Shown piece after piece: positions 23,907-32,000 of a stretch of 32,000 nucleotides of DNA; within the stretch, counting starts at the first letter, position 1; each line of letters starts with the position of its first letter. Made by a program: the position numbers and the translations under genes. The notes under the pieces are model-generated. The model saw nothing but the letters and a program-made list of their open reading frames with translations, was not told the DNA's origin and did no database searches. The stretch is from assembly GCF_001735745.1 (NCBI RefSeq), contig NZ_CP017260.1:810001-842000 (forward strand), in the 5' to 3' direction. This DNA is from Formosa sp. Hel1_33_131. Its GTDB lineage: Bacteria > Bacteroidota > Bacteroidia > Flavobacteriales > Flavobacteriaceae.

Positions 23907-25271
23907 TCAACTTGGGTCAGATACTTTATTTTTAAGAGCTTCAAAATCCAAGCCTCCATAACTTCCAGAACTCATGAGCAACACTGTTTTTTGAGCAAAT
24001 TCTAAGGTAGTAATATAGTTTTTAAAAAGCTGAGAATCTGTGTAAATAATCAAGTCGTCACGCTCAAAAGCGGTTTCAATTTGAGTTTTACTTACGGACT
24101 CTAATTTTTTTATTTCAACGGCTTGAGGCGAATAAAACACCACCGCTGTATCTGCTGCATCCAGAGTCCCTTTATAGTGTTCTAGAAATCCTGCATTTAA
24201 ACTGCTGTAGGTATGCAATTCTAAACAGGCAACCAATGGGCGTTTTGGGTATTGTGACTTGACGGCTTCCGTGGTGGCTTTCACCTTACTTGGGGAATGA
24301 GCAAAATCTTTATACACCACACAATTGGTATTTTCAGCCACCTTTTCTAAGCGCTTACTTGCTCCCGAAAAACTGGAGATCGCTTCGTAAAAATCATCTT
24401 GATCCACACCCATTTGTTGGCAAATCCATTTAGAGCCTGCAAGATTATTTAGGTTATGTGCTCCAAAAATTTCGAGCGGAAGTGGACCTTCTTCCGTCTC
24501 CAGATAAGTAACCCCATCTTCGATGGTATGCTCAGGAGTTTGGTACGGAAATTTACGAATTTGATTGTCACTTTCTTCAACGATTGTTTTCACATTAAGA
24601 TCCTCGGTATTGTAAGAAATACTTCCGCCAACCGTAATGCTATTGACGAAAATTTTAAACTGTTCTAAGTAATTTTCAAAGGTCGGAAACACATTGATAT
24701 GATCCCATGCAATCCCACTTAAGAGTGCAATATTAGGTTGGTATAAATGAAATTTTGGACGGCGATCAATTGGCGAACTTAAATATTCATCACCTTCAAG
24801 CACCATAAAATCGGCACCATCGGTCAGTTTTACCATCACATCAAACCCTTCCAACTGTGCGCCTACCATATAATCCACTTCAATATCGTGGTAATTTAAG
24901 ACGTGTAATATCATGGCTGTAATGGTCGTCTTTCCATGACTCCCGCCAATCACTACCCGTGTTTTGTGTTTGGATTGTTCGTATAAAAACTCTGGATATG
25001 AATATATTTTTAGTCCCAGTTCCTGCGCTTTCAAAAGTTCGGGATTGTCTTCTTTGGCATGCATTCCAAGTACTACCGCATCCAAGGTTTTAGTGATTTT
25101 TTCAGAGAACCAACCAAAACTAGTTGGCAACAGTCCCGCTGCGTTTAATCGCGATTTAGAAGGCTCAAAAATGGTGTCGTCACTGCCCGTAACTTGCATC
25201 CCTTTGTAGTGAAGCGCCAAGGCTAAATTGTGCATCGCAGCACCTCCTATAGCAATAAAATGTACATTCAT
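23907..25271 (-). CDS. mpl: Mur-ligase family enzyme, most likely the Mpl murein-peptide ligase
   Basis: N-terminal Rossmann HFIAIGGAAMHNLALALHYKGMQVTGSD. P-loop GGSHGKTTITAM. 454 aa and located outside a dcw cluster. Mpl versus MurC cannot be settled without a search. Confidence 0.7.
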   Translation of the reverse strand: MNVHFIAIGGAAMHNLALALHYKGMQVTGSDDTIFEPSKSRLNAAGLLPTSFGWFSEKITKTLDAVVLGMHAKEDNPELLKAQELGLKIYSYPEFLYEQSKHKTRVVIGGSHGKTTITAMILHVLNYHDIEVDYMVGAQLEGFDVMVKLTDGADFMVLEGDEYLSSPIDRRPKFHLYQPNIALLSGIAWDHINVFPTFENYLEQFKIFVNSITVGGSISYNTEDLNVKTIVEESDNQIRKFPYQTPEHTIEDGVTYLETEEGPLPLEIFGAHNLNNLAGSKWICQQMGVDQDDFYEAISSFSGASKRLEKVAENTNCVVYKDFAHSPSKVKATTEAVKSQYPKRPLVACLELHTYSSLNAGFLEHYKGTLDAADTAVVFYSPQAVEIKKLESVSKTQIETAFERDDLIIYTDSQLFKNYITTLEFAQKTVLLMSSGSYGGLDFEALKNKVSDPS

Positions 25272-25318
25272 AGTATGAGTTTATGAGAGGTAAATATACG
25301 GATTGAGGTTAGATTTTC

Positions 25319-26233
25319 TTAAGGCTTTAACAATAAAATTAATTGCTTTTCTTTCAATGCGGGTTTGAAATCGGGATTTATTGAGAGGGCTTTATCAATG
25401 GAAGCACTTGCCTCAGGAATTTTGTTTTGAAGTTTGAACAACTGTACTTGAAGTACATAAGCAGCTTCTAAGGGCTCGCGGTCTTTAGAAGAAAACACAT
25501 CTATATAAAATTGGATATAATTTTGTCCAATAGAGAGTTGTGTGTTATGAAGCACGCAAGCGGTAGCCACAAGAAAATGCACTGAATTGTTATGTGTATT
25601 TAAATGCGCGGCATTTGATACTTCGGGTTGAAAACACTGTAATTCCTCTATGGTATCTAACCCTTTTTTATAAAAAGTCTTTGCTAACGCCTCTCGATCT
25701 GAATTTTCATAAATATACGCTTTGGCAAAATACCCATTCGGTTTGGAGAGCTGCTCTAATTCACTGGCATAGACCATTGCCTTGTTATAACTTCCTCCTA
25801 AGAACCCAGGCAATTGTGTGTATAATTCCACCAAAGCCCAACGAATATTTATAGACTTCGGATCTAATTCTGCGGCTTTAAGAAACGACGATTTTACTTT
25901 AGAAATGAGACCGAGTGCCTTTAATTTAGAACCCTCTTTGGCGAGTTTCCCTAAGACGCCCCCATATTTATAGTGATAGGTCGCATTTCTAACATCTAAA
26001 TCACGAAGTTGTTTGTAGTAGATTGCTGCTTTGTCCCAGTTGCTTTGAAAACCGTAAGCATCCCCCATCAATTCTAGCAACTCTAAATCTTGAGGGGTTT
26101 TGTCTAAATAAACCTCTAGCTTTTGAACGGCTTGAGTGTAGTTTTTGGTTTCAAATAAGGAATCAAATTCTTGAGTGTAGTTTTGACCTATTAAGAGGCA
26201 TGGACATAACAAAATCAGTAAGAATTTCTTCAT
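25319..26233 (-). CDS. Secreted tetratricopeptide-repeat (TPR) protein
   Basis: Signal MKKFLLILLCPCLLIG|Q. Repeated A/Y/L-spaced TPR-like helices (e.g. GDAYGFQSNWDKAAIYYKQLRDLD). Confidence 0.6.
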   Translation of the reverse strand: MKKFLLILLCPCLLIGQNYTQEFDSLFETKNYTQAVQKLEVYLDKTPQDLELLELMGDAYGFQSNWDKAAIYYKQLRDLDVRNATYHYKYGGVLGKLAKEGSKLKALGLISKVKSSFLKAAELDPKSINIRWALVELYTQLPGFLGGSYNKAMVYASELEQLSKPNGYFAKAYIYENSDREALAKTFYKKGLDTIEELQCFQPEVSNAAHLNTHNNSVHFLVATACVLHNTQLSIGQNYIQFYIDVFSSKDREPLEAAYVLQVQLFKLQNKIPEASASIDKALSINPDFKPALKEKQLILLLKP

Positions 26234-26245
26234 GCCTAAAACTTT

Positions 26246-27244
26246 TTAACGATTTAACATTGCCCACAAACTATCTTTGAGTTGAACAATTCCTGTTTGT
26301 GCTACCGATGAAATAAACAAATAATCAATAGGTAATTCTGCCTCCAACTCTTCAGTCAATTCTGCCTTTAATTCATCATCCAGCATGTCACTTTTTGAAA
26401 TGGCAATCAGACGGTCTTTATCAAGCATCTCCGGATTGTAACGACGCAACTCATCTAAGAGAATATCGTATTGTTTTTTGATGTCATCCGCATCGGCAGG
26501 GATCAAAAACAAAAGAATGGAGTTTCGTTCGATATGTCGTAAAAAATAATGCCCCAATCCTTTTCCTTCGGCGGCACCCTCTATAATTCCAGGAATGTCA
26601 GCCATCACAAATGATTGGTAGTCTCTATATTCGACAATCCCTAAATTTGGTTTTAAGGTTGTAAATTCATAATCGGCAATTTTTGGCTTCGCCGAAGTGA
26701 CTACAGATAATAAGGTTGATTTTCCAGCATTTGGAAATCCAACCAATCCCACATCTGCTAAAATTTTGAGTTCGATGGTCACATATTTTTCTTCCATCGG
26801 AAGTCCAGGCTGTGCGTAGCGTGGCGTTTGGTTGGTGGACGATCTAAAATTCCAATTTCCTAAACCCCCTTTACCGCCTTGACAAAGGATGACTTCTTCA
26901 TGATTTTCTGTAATTTCAAAAAGAACTTCATTGGTGTCTGTATCTCGAAGAACGGTTCCTAAAGGCACATCAACATACACATCTTCTCCATCGGCTCCCG
27001 TACTACGACTTTTACTTCCACTGCCCCCGTGACCAGCTCTAAAGTGACGTTTGAATTTCAAGTGATGTAACGTCCAAAGATGTTCGTTTCCTCGAACAAT
27101 CACATGGCCACCACGACCACCATCTCCTCCGTCAGGACCTCCTTTTGTAATAAATTTCTCGCGATGAAGGTGTACAGATCCTTTTCCTCCGCTACCAGAG
27201 CAAGCAAACATTTTTACATAATCTACAAAATTACCTTCCGTCAT
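26246..27244 (-). CDS. obg: GTPase Obg/CgtA
   Basis: Obg fold N-terminus [39 protein letters not shown]1 [10 protein letters not shown]3 DIPG, G4 SKSD. Confidence 0.93.
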   Translation of the reverse strand: MTEGNFVDYVKMFACSGSGGKGSVHLHREKFITKGGPDGGDGGRGGHVIVRGNEHLWTLHHLKFKRHFRAGHGGSGSKSRSTGADGEDVYVDVPLGTVLRDTDTNEVLFEITENHEEVILCQGGKGGLGNWNFRSSTNQTPRYAQPGLPMEEKYVTIELKILADVGLVGFPNAGKSTLLSVVTSAKPKIADYEFTTLKPNLGIVEYRDYQSFVMADIPGIIEGAAEGKGLGHYFLRHIERNSILLFLIPADADDIKKQYDILLDELRRYNPEMLDKDRLIAISKSDMLDDELKAELTEELEAELPIDYLFISSVAQTGIVQLKDSLWAMLNR

Positions 27245-27259
27245 CTAATGAGTGTTATA

Positions 27260-27832
27260 TTACAGCGTATTAATCACTGTATTCAATCGAACCGTGATGT
27301 CTTCTACAGACCCTACGCCATCCACGCCAAAATATTGATCCTTCGCCGCATAGTACGACTTCAAGATTGCTGTTTCTGCGTAATATATTTTTATTCTATT
27401 TCTTACGACTGTATCGTTGGCATCATCGGGTCTCCCACTTGTTTCGCCACGTTTAAGAAGACGTCCCACCAAAACCTCATCATCCACTTCCAAAGCAATC
27501 ATTGCGCTAATTTGAGTGTCGTAGGATTTTAAAAGTGCATCTAAAGCTTCTGCTTGCAAAACATTTCTAGGGAATCCATCAAAAATAAACCCCTTTGAAT
27601 CCAAGTTTTTAGCCACTTCTGCACTGAGCATATCAATGGTTACTTGATCTGGAACCAACTCCCCTTTATCCATAAAAGACTTGGCCAAGGTTCCTAATTC
27701 GGTTTCATTTTTAATATTAAAACGAAACACATCTCCAGTAGAAATATGAATCAAGCCATAGGTCTCTTTTAAAAAAGCGGCTTGCGTTCCTTTACCAGCA
27801 CCCGGAGGGCCAAATAATACTAAATTTTTCAT
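27260..27832 (-). CDS. adk: Adenylate kinase
   Basis: P-loop LFGPPGAGKGTQA, ISTGDVFR, and the short-lid type LLKRGETSGRPDDANDTVVRNR. Confidence 0.93.
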   Translation of the reverse strand: MKNLVLFGPPGAGKGTQAAFLKETYGLIHISTGDVFRFNIKNETELGTLAKSFMDKGELVPDQVTIDMLSAEVAKNLDSKGFIFDGFPRNVLQAEALDALLKSYDTQISAMIALEVDDEVLVGRLLKRGETSGRPDDANDTVVRNRIKIYYAETAILKSYYAAKDQYFGVDGVGSVEDITVRLNTVINTL

Positions 27833-27970
27833 TTTTATTCAAACTTTAAAATGCTGACATCTAAAAAGAGTCGTTGTGAGTAACTAAAATCAGGCTGCAA
27901 AGATAATCAATTGTAAAGGTTTTGATTCGTTTTGATGACCGATTTTAGTGTTCGATTTCATATTTAAGTG

Positions 27971-27978
27971 TATTTTTG
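27971..27978 (+). promoter_or_regulatory. Bacteroidota -7 promoter box TATTTTTG (exact TAnnTTTG match) upstream of purK
   Basis: Exact consensus match 36 nt upstream of the ATG at 28015, in the adk/purK divergent intergenic region. Confidence 0.4.
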
Positions 27979-28014
27979 TAGTGTATTTATAAATTCGTTC
28001 AAGAAAATCATACT

Positions 28015-29169
28015 ATGGAGTATTTCTCATCAAACTTCAAACTTGGTATTTTAGGTGGCGGTCAGCTCGGGAAAATGTTACTTTACACCACTCGAAAATT
28101 TGACATTCATACCTGTGTTTTAGATCCCAGCCCAGAAGCACCAAGCAAACTTGCCTGTAACGAATTCTTTCAAGGGGATTTGATGGATTATGGCACCGTT
28201 TATAATTTTGGCAAAAAAGTAAACACCCTCACCATCGAAATTGAAAATATCAATGTTGATGCCCTCAAAGCACTTGAAAAAGAAGGAGTCAATGTATTTC
28301 CTTCTTCAAAAACCTTAGAAACCATTCAGAATAAAGCAAAACAAAAATTGTTTTATATCGATCATAATTTACCCACAGCACCTTTTAAAAGGTTTGCTTA
28401 TACCGATGAAATTTCCACATCCTTAGAGCACAGCAGTATTGAGTTTCCATTTGTGTGGAAAAGTGCTCAATTTGGATATGACGGCACTGGCGTGAAAATT
28501 GTGCGCTCCGTAGAGGATTTGAAAGGATTGCCAAATGTCGAGTGCATTACAGAAGATTTAATACCATTCAAAAGTGAATTGGCAGTGATTGTTGCAAGAA
28601 ATGAAAAGGGGGATGTGAAAGTGTATCCTGTGGTAGAAATGGAGTTTCATCCAGAGGCCAACCAAGTCGAATATGTGTTATGCCCTGCTAGAATTTCTAA
28701 AGAAATCGCAGCCAAAGCAGAACTAATCGCCTTAAAAACATCCGCAGCATTTGAGCACGTAGGACTTTTGGCCGTCGAACTATTTTTGACACAAGACGAT
28801 AAAATTATTATAAACGAAGTCGCACCAAGACCTCATAATTCAGGACACCAAACCATTGAAGCCAGTTATACCTCTCAATTTGAACAACACATTAGAGCGA
28901 TTTTAGGCTTGCCAATGGGAAGCACTGAAAATAAACTCAGTGGTGTGATGGTTAATCTGGTCGGAGCAGAAGGGCACACTGGAGAAGTGGTCTATGAAAA
29001 TATAGAAAAATTGATGGAGATGGATGGCGTCACGCCACACATCTATGGGAAGAAAGAAACACGACCTTTTCGGAAAATGGGACATGTGACCATCGTTCAT
29101 CCAAATATCGAAACTGCACGTGAAATCGCACAACAAGTCAAACAGTCAATCAAAGTAATAAGTAAATAA
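28015..29169 (+). CDS. purK: N5-carboxyaminoimidazole ribonucleotide synthase (ATP-grasp)
   Basis: ILGGGQLGKML N-terminus, ATP-grasp core, NEVAPRPHNSGH motif, and an adjacent purE. Confidence 0.9.
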   Translation: MEYFSSNFKLGILGGGQLGKMLLYTTRKFDIHTCVLDPSPEAPSKLACNEFFQGDLMDYGTVYNFGKKVNTLTIEIENINVDALKALEKEGVNVFPSSKTLETIQNKAKQKLFYIDHNLPTAPFKRFAYTDEISTSLEHSSIEFPFVWKSAQFGYDGTGVKIVRSVEDLKGLPNVECITEDLIPFKSELAVIVARNEKGDVKVYPVVEMEFHPEANQVEYVLCPARISKEIAAKAELIALKTSAAFEHVGLLAVELFLTQDDKIIINEVAPRPHNSGHQTIEASYTSQFEQHIRAILGLPMGSTENKLSGVMVNLVGAEGHTGEVVYENIEKLMEMDGVTPHIYGKKETRPFRKMGHVTIVHPNIETAREIAQQVKQSIKVISK

Positions 29170-29170
29170 T

Positions 29171-29656
29171 ATGGCACAAGTAGGAATCATTATGGGAAGC
29201 GACAGCGACATGCCTGTCATGAAAGAAGCAATTGCAATTCTTGAAGGATTTGACATCCAAGTAGAAGTGGACATCGTTTCCGCACACCGTACGCCCGAGA
29301 AGTTATTTGACTACGGATCCAAAGCGCATCAGCGTGGATTGAAAGTCATCATTGCTGGCGCTGGTGGTGCTGCACATTTACCTGGAATGATTGCCTCGTT
29401 AAGTCCATTACCCGTTATTGGGGTTCCCGTAAAATCGAGCAATTCTATCGATGGATGGGATTCTATACTATCCATTTTACAAATGCCCGGAGGAGTTCCT
29501 GTAGCAACTGTCGCCCTAAATGGCGCTAAAAATGCAGGCATCTTAGCAGCACAAATTATTGGAGCATCAGACACATGTGTTTTAGACAAAATCTTAATAT
29601 ATAAAGAAGGTTTGAAATTAAAAGTCCTAGAAGCATCTAAGAACATTAAATCCTAA
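29171..29656 (+). CDS. purE: N5-carboxyaminoimidazole ribonucleotide mutase
   Basis: VGIIMGSDSDMPVM, SAHRTP, AGGAAHLPGM and VIGVPV motifs. Starts 2 nt after purK. Confidence 0.93.
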   Translation: MAQVGIIMGSDSDMPVMKEAIAILEGFDIQVEVDIVSAHRTPEKLFDYGSKAHQRGLKVIIAGAGGAAHLPGMIASLSPLPVIGVPVKSSNSIDGWDSILSILQMPGGVPVATVALNGAKNAGILAAQIIGASDTCVLDKILIYKEGLKLKVLEASKNIKS

Positions 29657-29676
29657 GTTTCCCCTAAACAATTCAC

Positions 29677-31707
29677 ATGAACATACTCGATTCGCGTTTT
29701 GACACGCCTTACAATACCGCACCTTTTTCGAAAATTAAAACAGATGCATTTTTACCTTCATTTGTAAAAGCAATTGAAACGGCTAAAAAAGAAATTGATC
29801 AAATTGTTGAAAATAAAGCGGCCCCTACGTTTGAAAATACAATTGAAGCCTTGGACTATACGGGCGAACAACTCGATCGAATTTCAAGCATTTTCTTTAA
29901 TTTGAATGCCGCTGAAACCAACGAAGATATTCAAAAAATTGCTCAAGAAGTCTCTCCTTTATTAACGGAGTTTTCAAATGATGTCGCTTTAAATACGGCT
30001 CTTTTTGAACGGGTGAAATCCGTTTACAACACCAAAGCATCACTTTCATTAACCGAAGAGCAAAAAACACTTTTAGATAAAAAATACAAAGGTTTTTCTA
30101 GAAATGGTGCCAACCTCAACGCCGATCAAAAAGAAATTTTGCGCGTGATTGACAAAGAGCAAAGCCAACTCCAACTCACCTTTGGTGAAAATATTTTAGC
30201 AGAAACCAACCGCTATGAACTTCTAATTACGGAAGTGTCGGATTTAGAGGGACTGCCAGAAGGCGCGATTGAAGCTGCCAAGCAAATGGCAGAAGAAAAA
30301 GATAAAAAAGGATGGTTACTCACCCTCGATTATCCCAGCTATGTGCCTTTTATGACCTACGCAAAAAATAGAAACTTAAGAAAACAACTTGCCCTTGCCT
30401 TTGGTCAAAAAGGATTCCAAAATGATAATTTAGACAACCAAGACATTGTTTTAAAAATTACACAATTACGTTACAAAAGAGCTCAACTTTTAGGATATGA
30501 AACCCATGCGCATTTTGTGTTAGAAGAGCGGATGGCTAAAACCCCTGAAACGGTGCGCACTTTTTTAGAAGACCTTTTGGAAAAAGCACAGCCGGCAGCC
30601 AAAAAAGAGTTTGAAGAACTGGAAAATTTCGCCAAAAATTTAGACAACATTGATCGTTTAGAAAAATGGGACAGTGCCTATTACTCTGAAAAATTAAAGC
30701 AAGAACGCTTCAACTTTGATGACGAACAACTGAAGCCTTACTTCAAATTAGAAAATGTGATTGAAGGGGCTTTTACAGTCGCACAAAAATTATTTGGATT
30801 ACAGTTTGTACAAACGGACACTATTGACACCTATCACAAAGATGTGATGACCTATAAAGTAGAAGATTCAAAACAAAATTTAGTCGCCATTTTTTATGCA
30901 GATTTTTTCCCGAGAGCAGGGAAACGCAATGGCGCTTGGATGACCTCCTATAAATCTCAATATGTAAAAAACACTAAAAACGAAAGACCTCACGTATCTA
31001 TCGTTTGTAATTTCACAAAACCGACTTCGACAAAACCATCTTTACTCACCTTTAACGAAGTGACGACACTGTTCCATGAATTTGGACACGCCCTTCACGG
31101 AATGTTAGCAGACACCATATATCCGAGTTTATCCGGCACTAGTGTAGCATGGGATTTTGTAGAATTGCCGAGTCAAATCATGGAAAATTGGTGTTATGAA
31201 AAAGAGGCCTTGGCGCTCTTTGCTAAGCACTATAAAACGGGCGAGAGCATCCCTATGGAACTTATTGATAAGATCAAGGCGGCTTCAACATTTCAACAAG
31301 GAATGCAAACCTTAAGACAGTTGAGTTTTGGCTTATTAGACATGAGCTGGCACGGAGTTGATCCAACCGAAATAACGAATGTAAAGCAGCATGAAACCGC
31401 AGCGTTCCTAGAAACGCAGTTGTTTCCAGATGTGGCAGAAAATTGCATGTCAACAGCTTTTGCACATATCTTTCAAGGGGGATACTCCTCAGGATATTAC
31501 AGCTACAAATGGGCAGAAGTTTTAGATGCCGATGCCTTTGAATATTTTAAAGAAAATGATCTTTTTGATCCTGAAATTGCAGCCGCTTTCAAAACACATG
31601 TATTGAGTAAAGGTGGAACGCAAGACCCTTTAGAATTGTATGTAAAATTTCGTGGTCAGAAACCAAAAGCAGAAGCCTTGCTAAAACGGTCAGGTCTTTT
31701 GAATTAG
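29677..31707 (+). CDS. dcp: M3-family zinc metallopeptidase (peptidyl-dipeptidase Dcp / oligopeptidase A type)
   Basis: HEFGHALHG zinc motif with the downstream E in FVELPSQIMENW. 676 aa with no signal peptide. Confidence 0.85.
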   Translation: MNILDSRFDTPYNTAPFSKIKTDAFLPSFVKAIETAKKEIDQIVENKAAPTFENTIEALDYTGEQLDRISSIFFNLNAAETNEDIQKIAQEVSPLLTEFSNDVALNTALFERVKSVYNTKASLSLTEEQKTLLDKKYKGFSRNGANLNADQKEILRVIDKEQSQLQLTFGENILAETNRYELLITEVSDLEGLPEGAIEAAKQMAEEKDKKGWLLTLDYPSYVPFMTYAKNRNLRKQLALAFGQKGFQNDNLDNQDIVLKITQLRYKRAQLLGYETHAHFVLEERMAKTPETVRTFLEDLLEKAQPAAKKEFEELENFAKNLDNIDRLEKWDSAYYSEKLKQERFNFDDEQLKPYFKLENVIEGAFTVAQKLFGLQFVQTDTIDTYHKDVMTYKVEDSKQNLVAIFYADFFPRAGKRNGAWMTSYKSQYVKNTKNERPHVSIVCNFTKPTSTKPSLLTFNEVTTLFHEFGHALHGMLADTIYPSLSGTSVAWDFVELPSQIMENWCYEKEALALFAKHYKTGESIPMELIDKIKAASTFQQGMQTLRQLSFGLLDMSWHGVDPTEITNVKQHETAAFLETQLFPDVAENCMSTAFAHIFQGGYSSGYYSYKWAEVLDADAFEYFKENDLFDPEIAAAFKTHVLSKGGTQDPLELYVKFRGQKPKAEALLKRSGLLN

Positions 31708-32000
31708 GGTCAAAACAACCACAAAAATAAGCACTAGAATCGGAACAGATTCCACCCAAAAAGCGGTGTAATAGCGGCTTTTTTTCTTGGTGCTTTTCGC
31801 TAAAAACACTGCCAATAGAGCGACTGAGGAAATCAATATTAAAAAATTATTTTGGTTAAATTCATGTTTGAAAAACTCTAGCAAAATCGTATCTCCCAAC
31901 ATGGCATAGCCAATAATTTTAGTGTATGGAATTCCAATTTTTTGTGGAATAGTGGATAGATGAAGTTGGTCTGTATCCAAATCGCGAATCTCAAAAGGAA
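31690..32000 (-). CDS. UbiA-type prenyltransferase, C-terminal part (5' end lies beyond the window)
   Basis: The frame stays open upstream of the TTG picked by the ORF caller. The read-through gives ...PFEIRDLDTDQLHLSTIPQKIG, resembling the second Asp-rich motif of the UbiA family, followed by hydrophobic helices. Confidence 0.45.
   Translation of the reverse strand, partial: PFEIRDLDTDQLHLSTIPQKIGIPYTKIIGYAMLGDTILLEFFKHEFNQNNFLILISSVALLAVFLAKSTKKKSRYYTAFWVESVPILVLIFVVVLTLIQKT

Noticed and set aside
27833-28014. Purine or ZTP riboswitch upstream of purK
   Set aside because: The candidate 5' UTR after the -7 box is only ~30 nt. I see none of the conserved G/C-rich riboswitch cores in the intergenic region.
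31690-31980. Stand-alone 96-aa membrane protein starting at TTG 31980
   Set aside because: The frame is open to the window end, and the upstream codons complete a UbiA-type Asp-rich motif. It is therefore treated as the 3' part of a longer gene.

Overview
AT-rich Bacteroidota (Flavobacteriia-like) chromosomal segment. The taxon call rests on SusC/SusD pairs, a T9SS C-terminal sorting domain, TAnnTTTG promoter boxes and A-rich, SD-less start contexts. Left half (1-15349, all + strand): two consecutive SusC/SusD-type outer-membrane uptake loci, each with SusC, SusD and two lipoproteins of unknown family. They are separated by a 744-bp non-coding gap holding a 136-bp tandem repeat with three terminator-like hairpins and one copy of a ~120-140-bp palindromic dispersed element. 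The second locus is followed by a T9SS-targeted S8 (subtilisin-family) peptidase. I recognise no glycoside hydrolase, lyase, esterase, sulfatase or regulator gene in either locus. Right half (15.5-32 kb): housekeeping genes (rlmB, rhomboid protease, rarA, mpl, radC, obg, adk, purK-purE, M3 peptidyl-dipeptidase, partial UbiA-type prenyltransferase). It also holds a translationally coupled three-gene envelope operon (lipoprotein / beta-barrel / secreted protein) of unknown function and a radC-coupled pair (435-aa deacetylase-like protein + HAD hydrolase). No rRNA, tRNA, CRISPR, transposase or integrase was seen. All product calls come from motif recognition on the supplied translations; no database search was possible, so family names are provisional.
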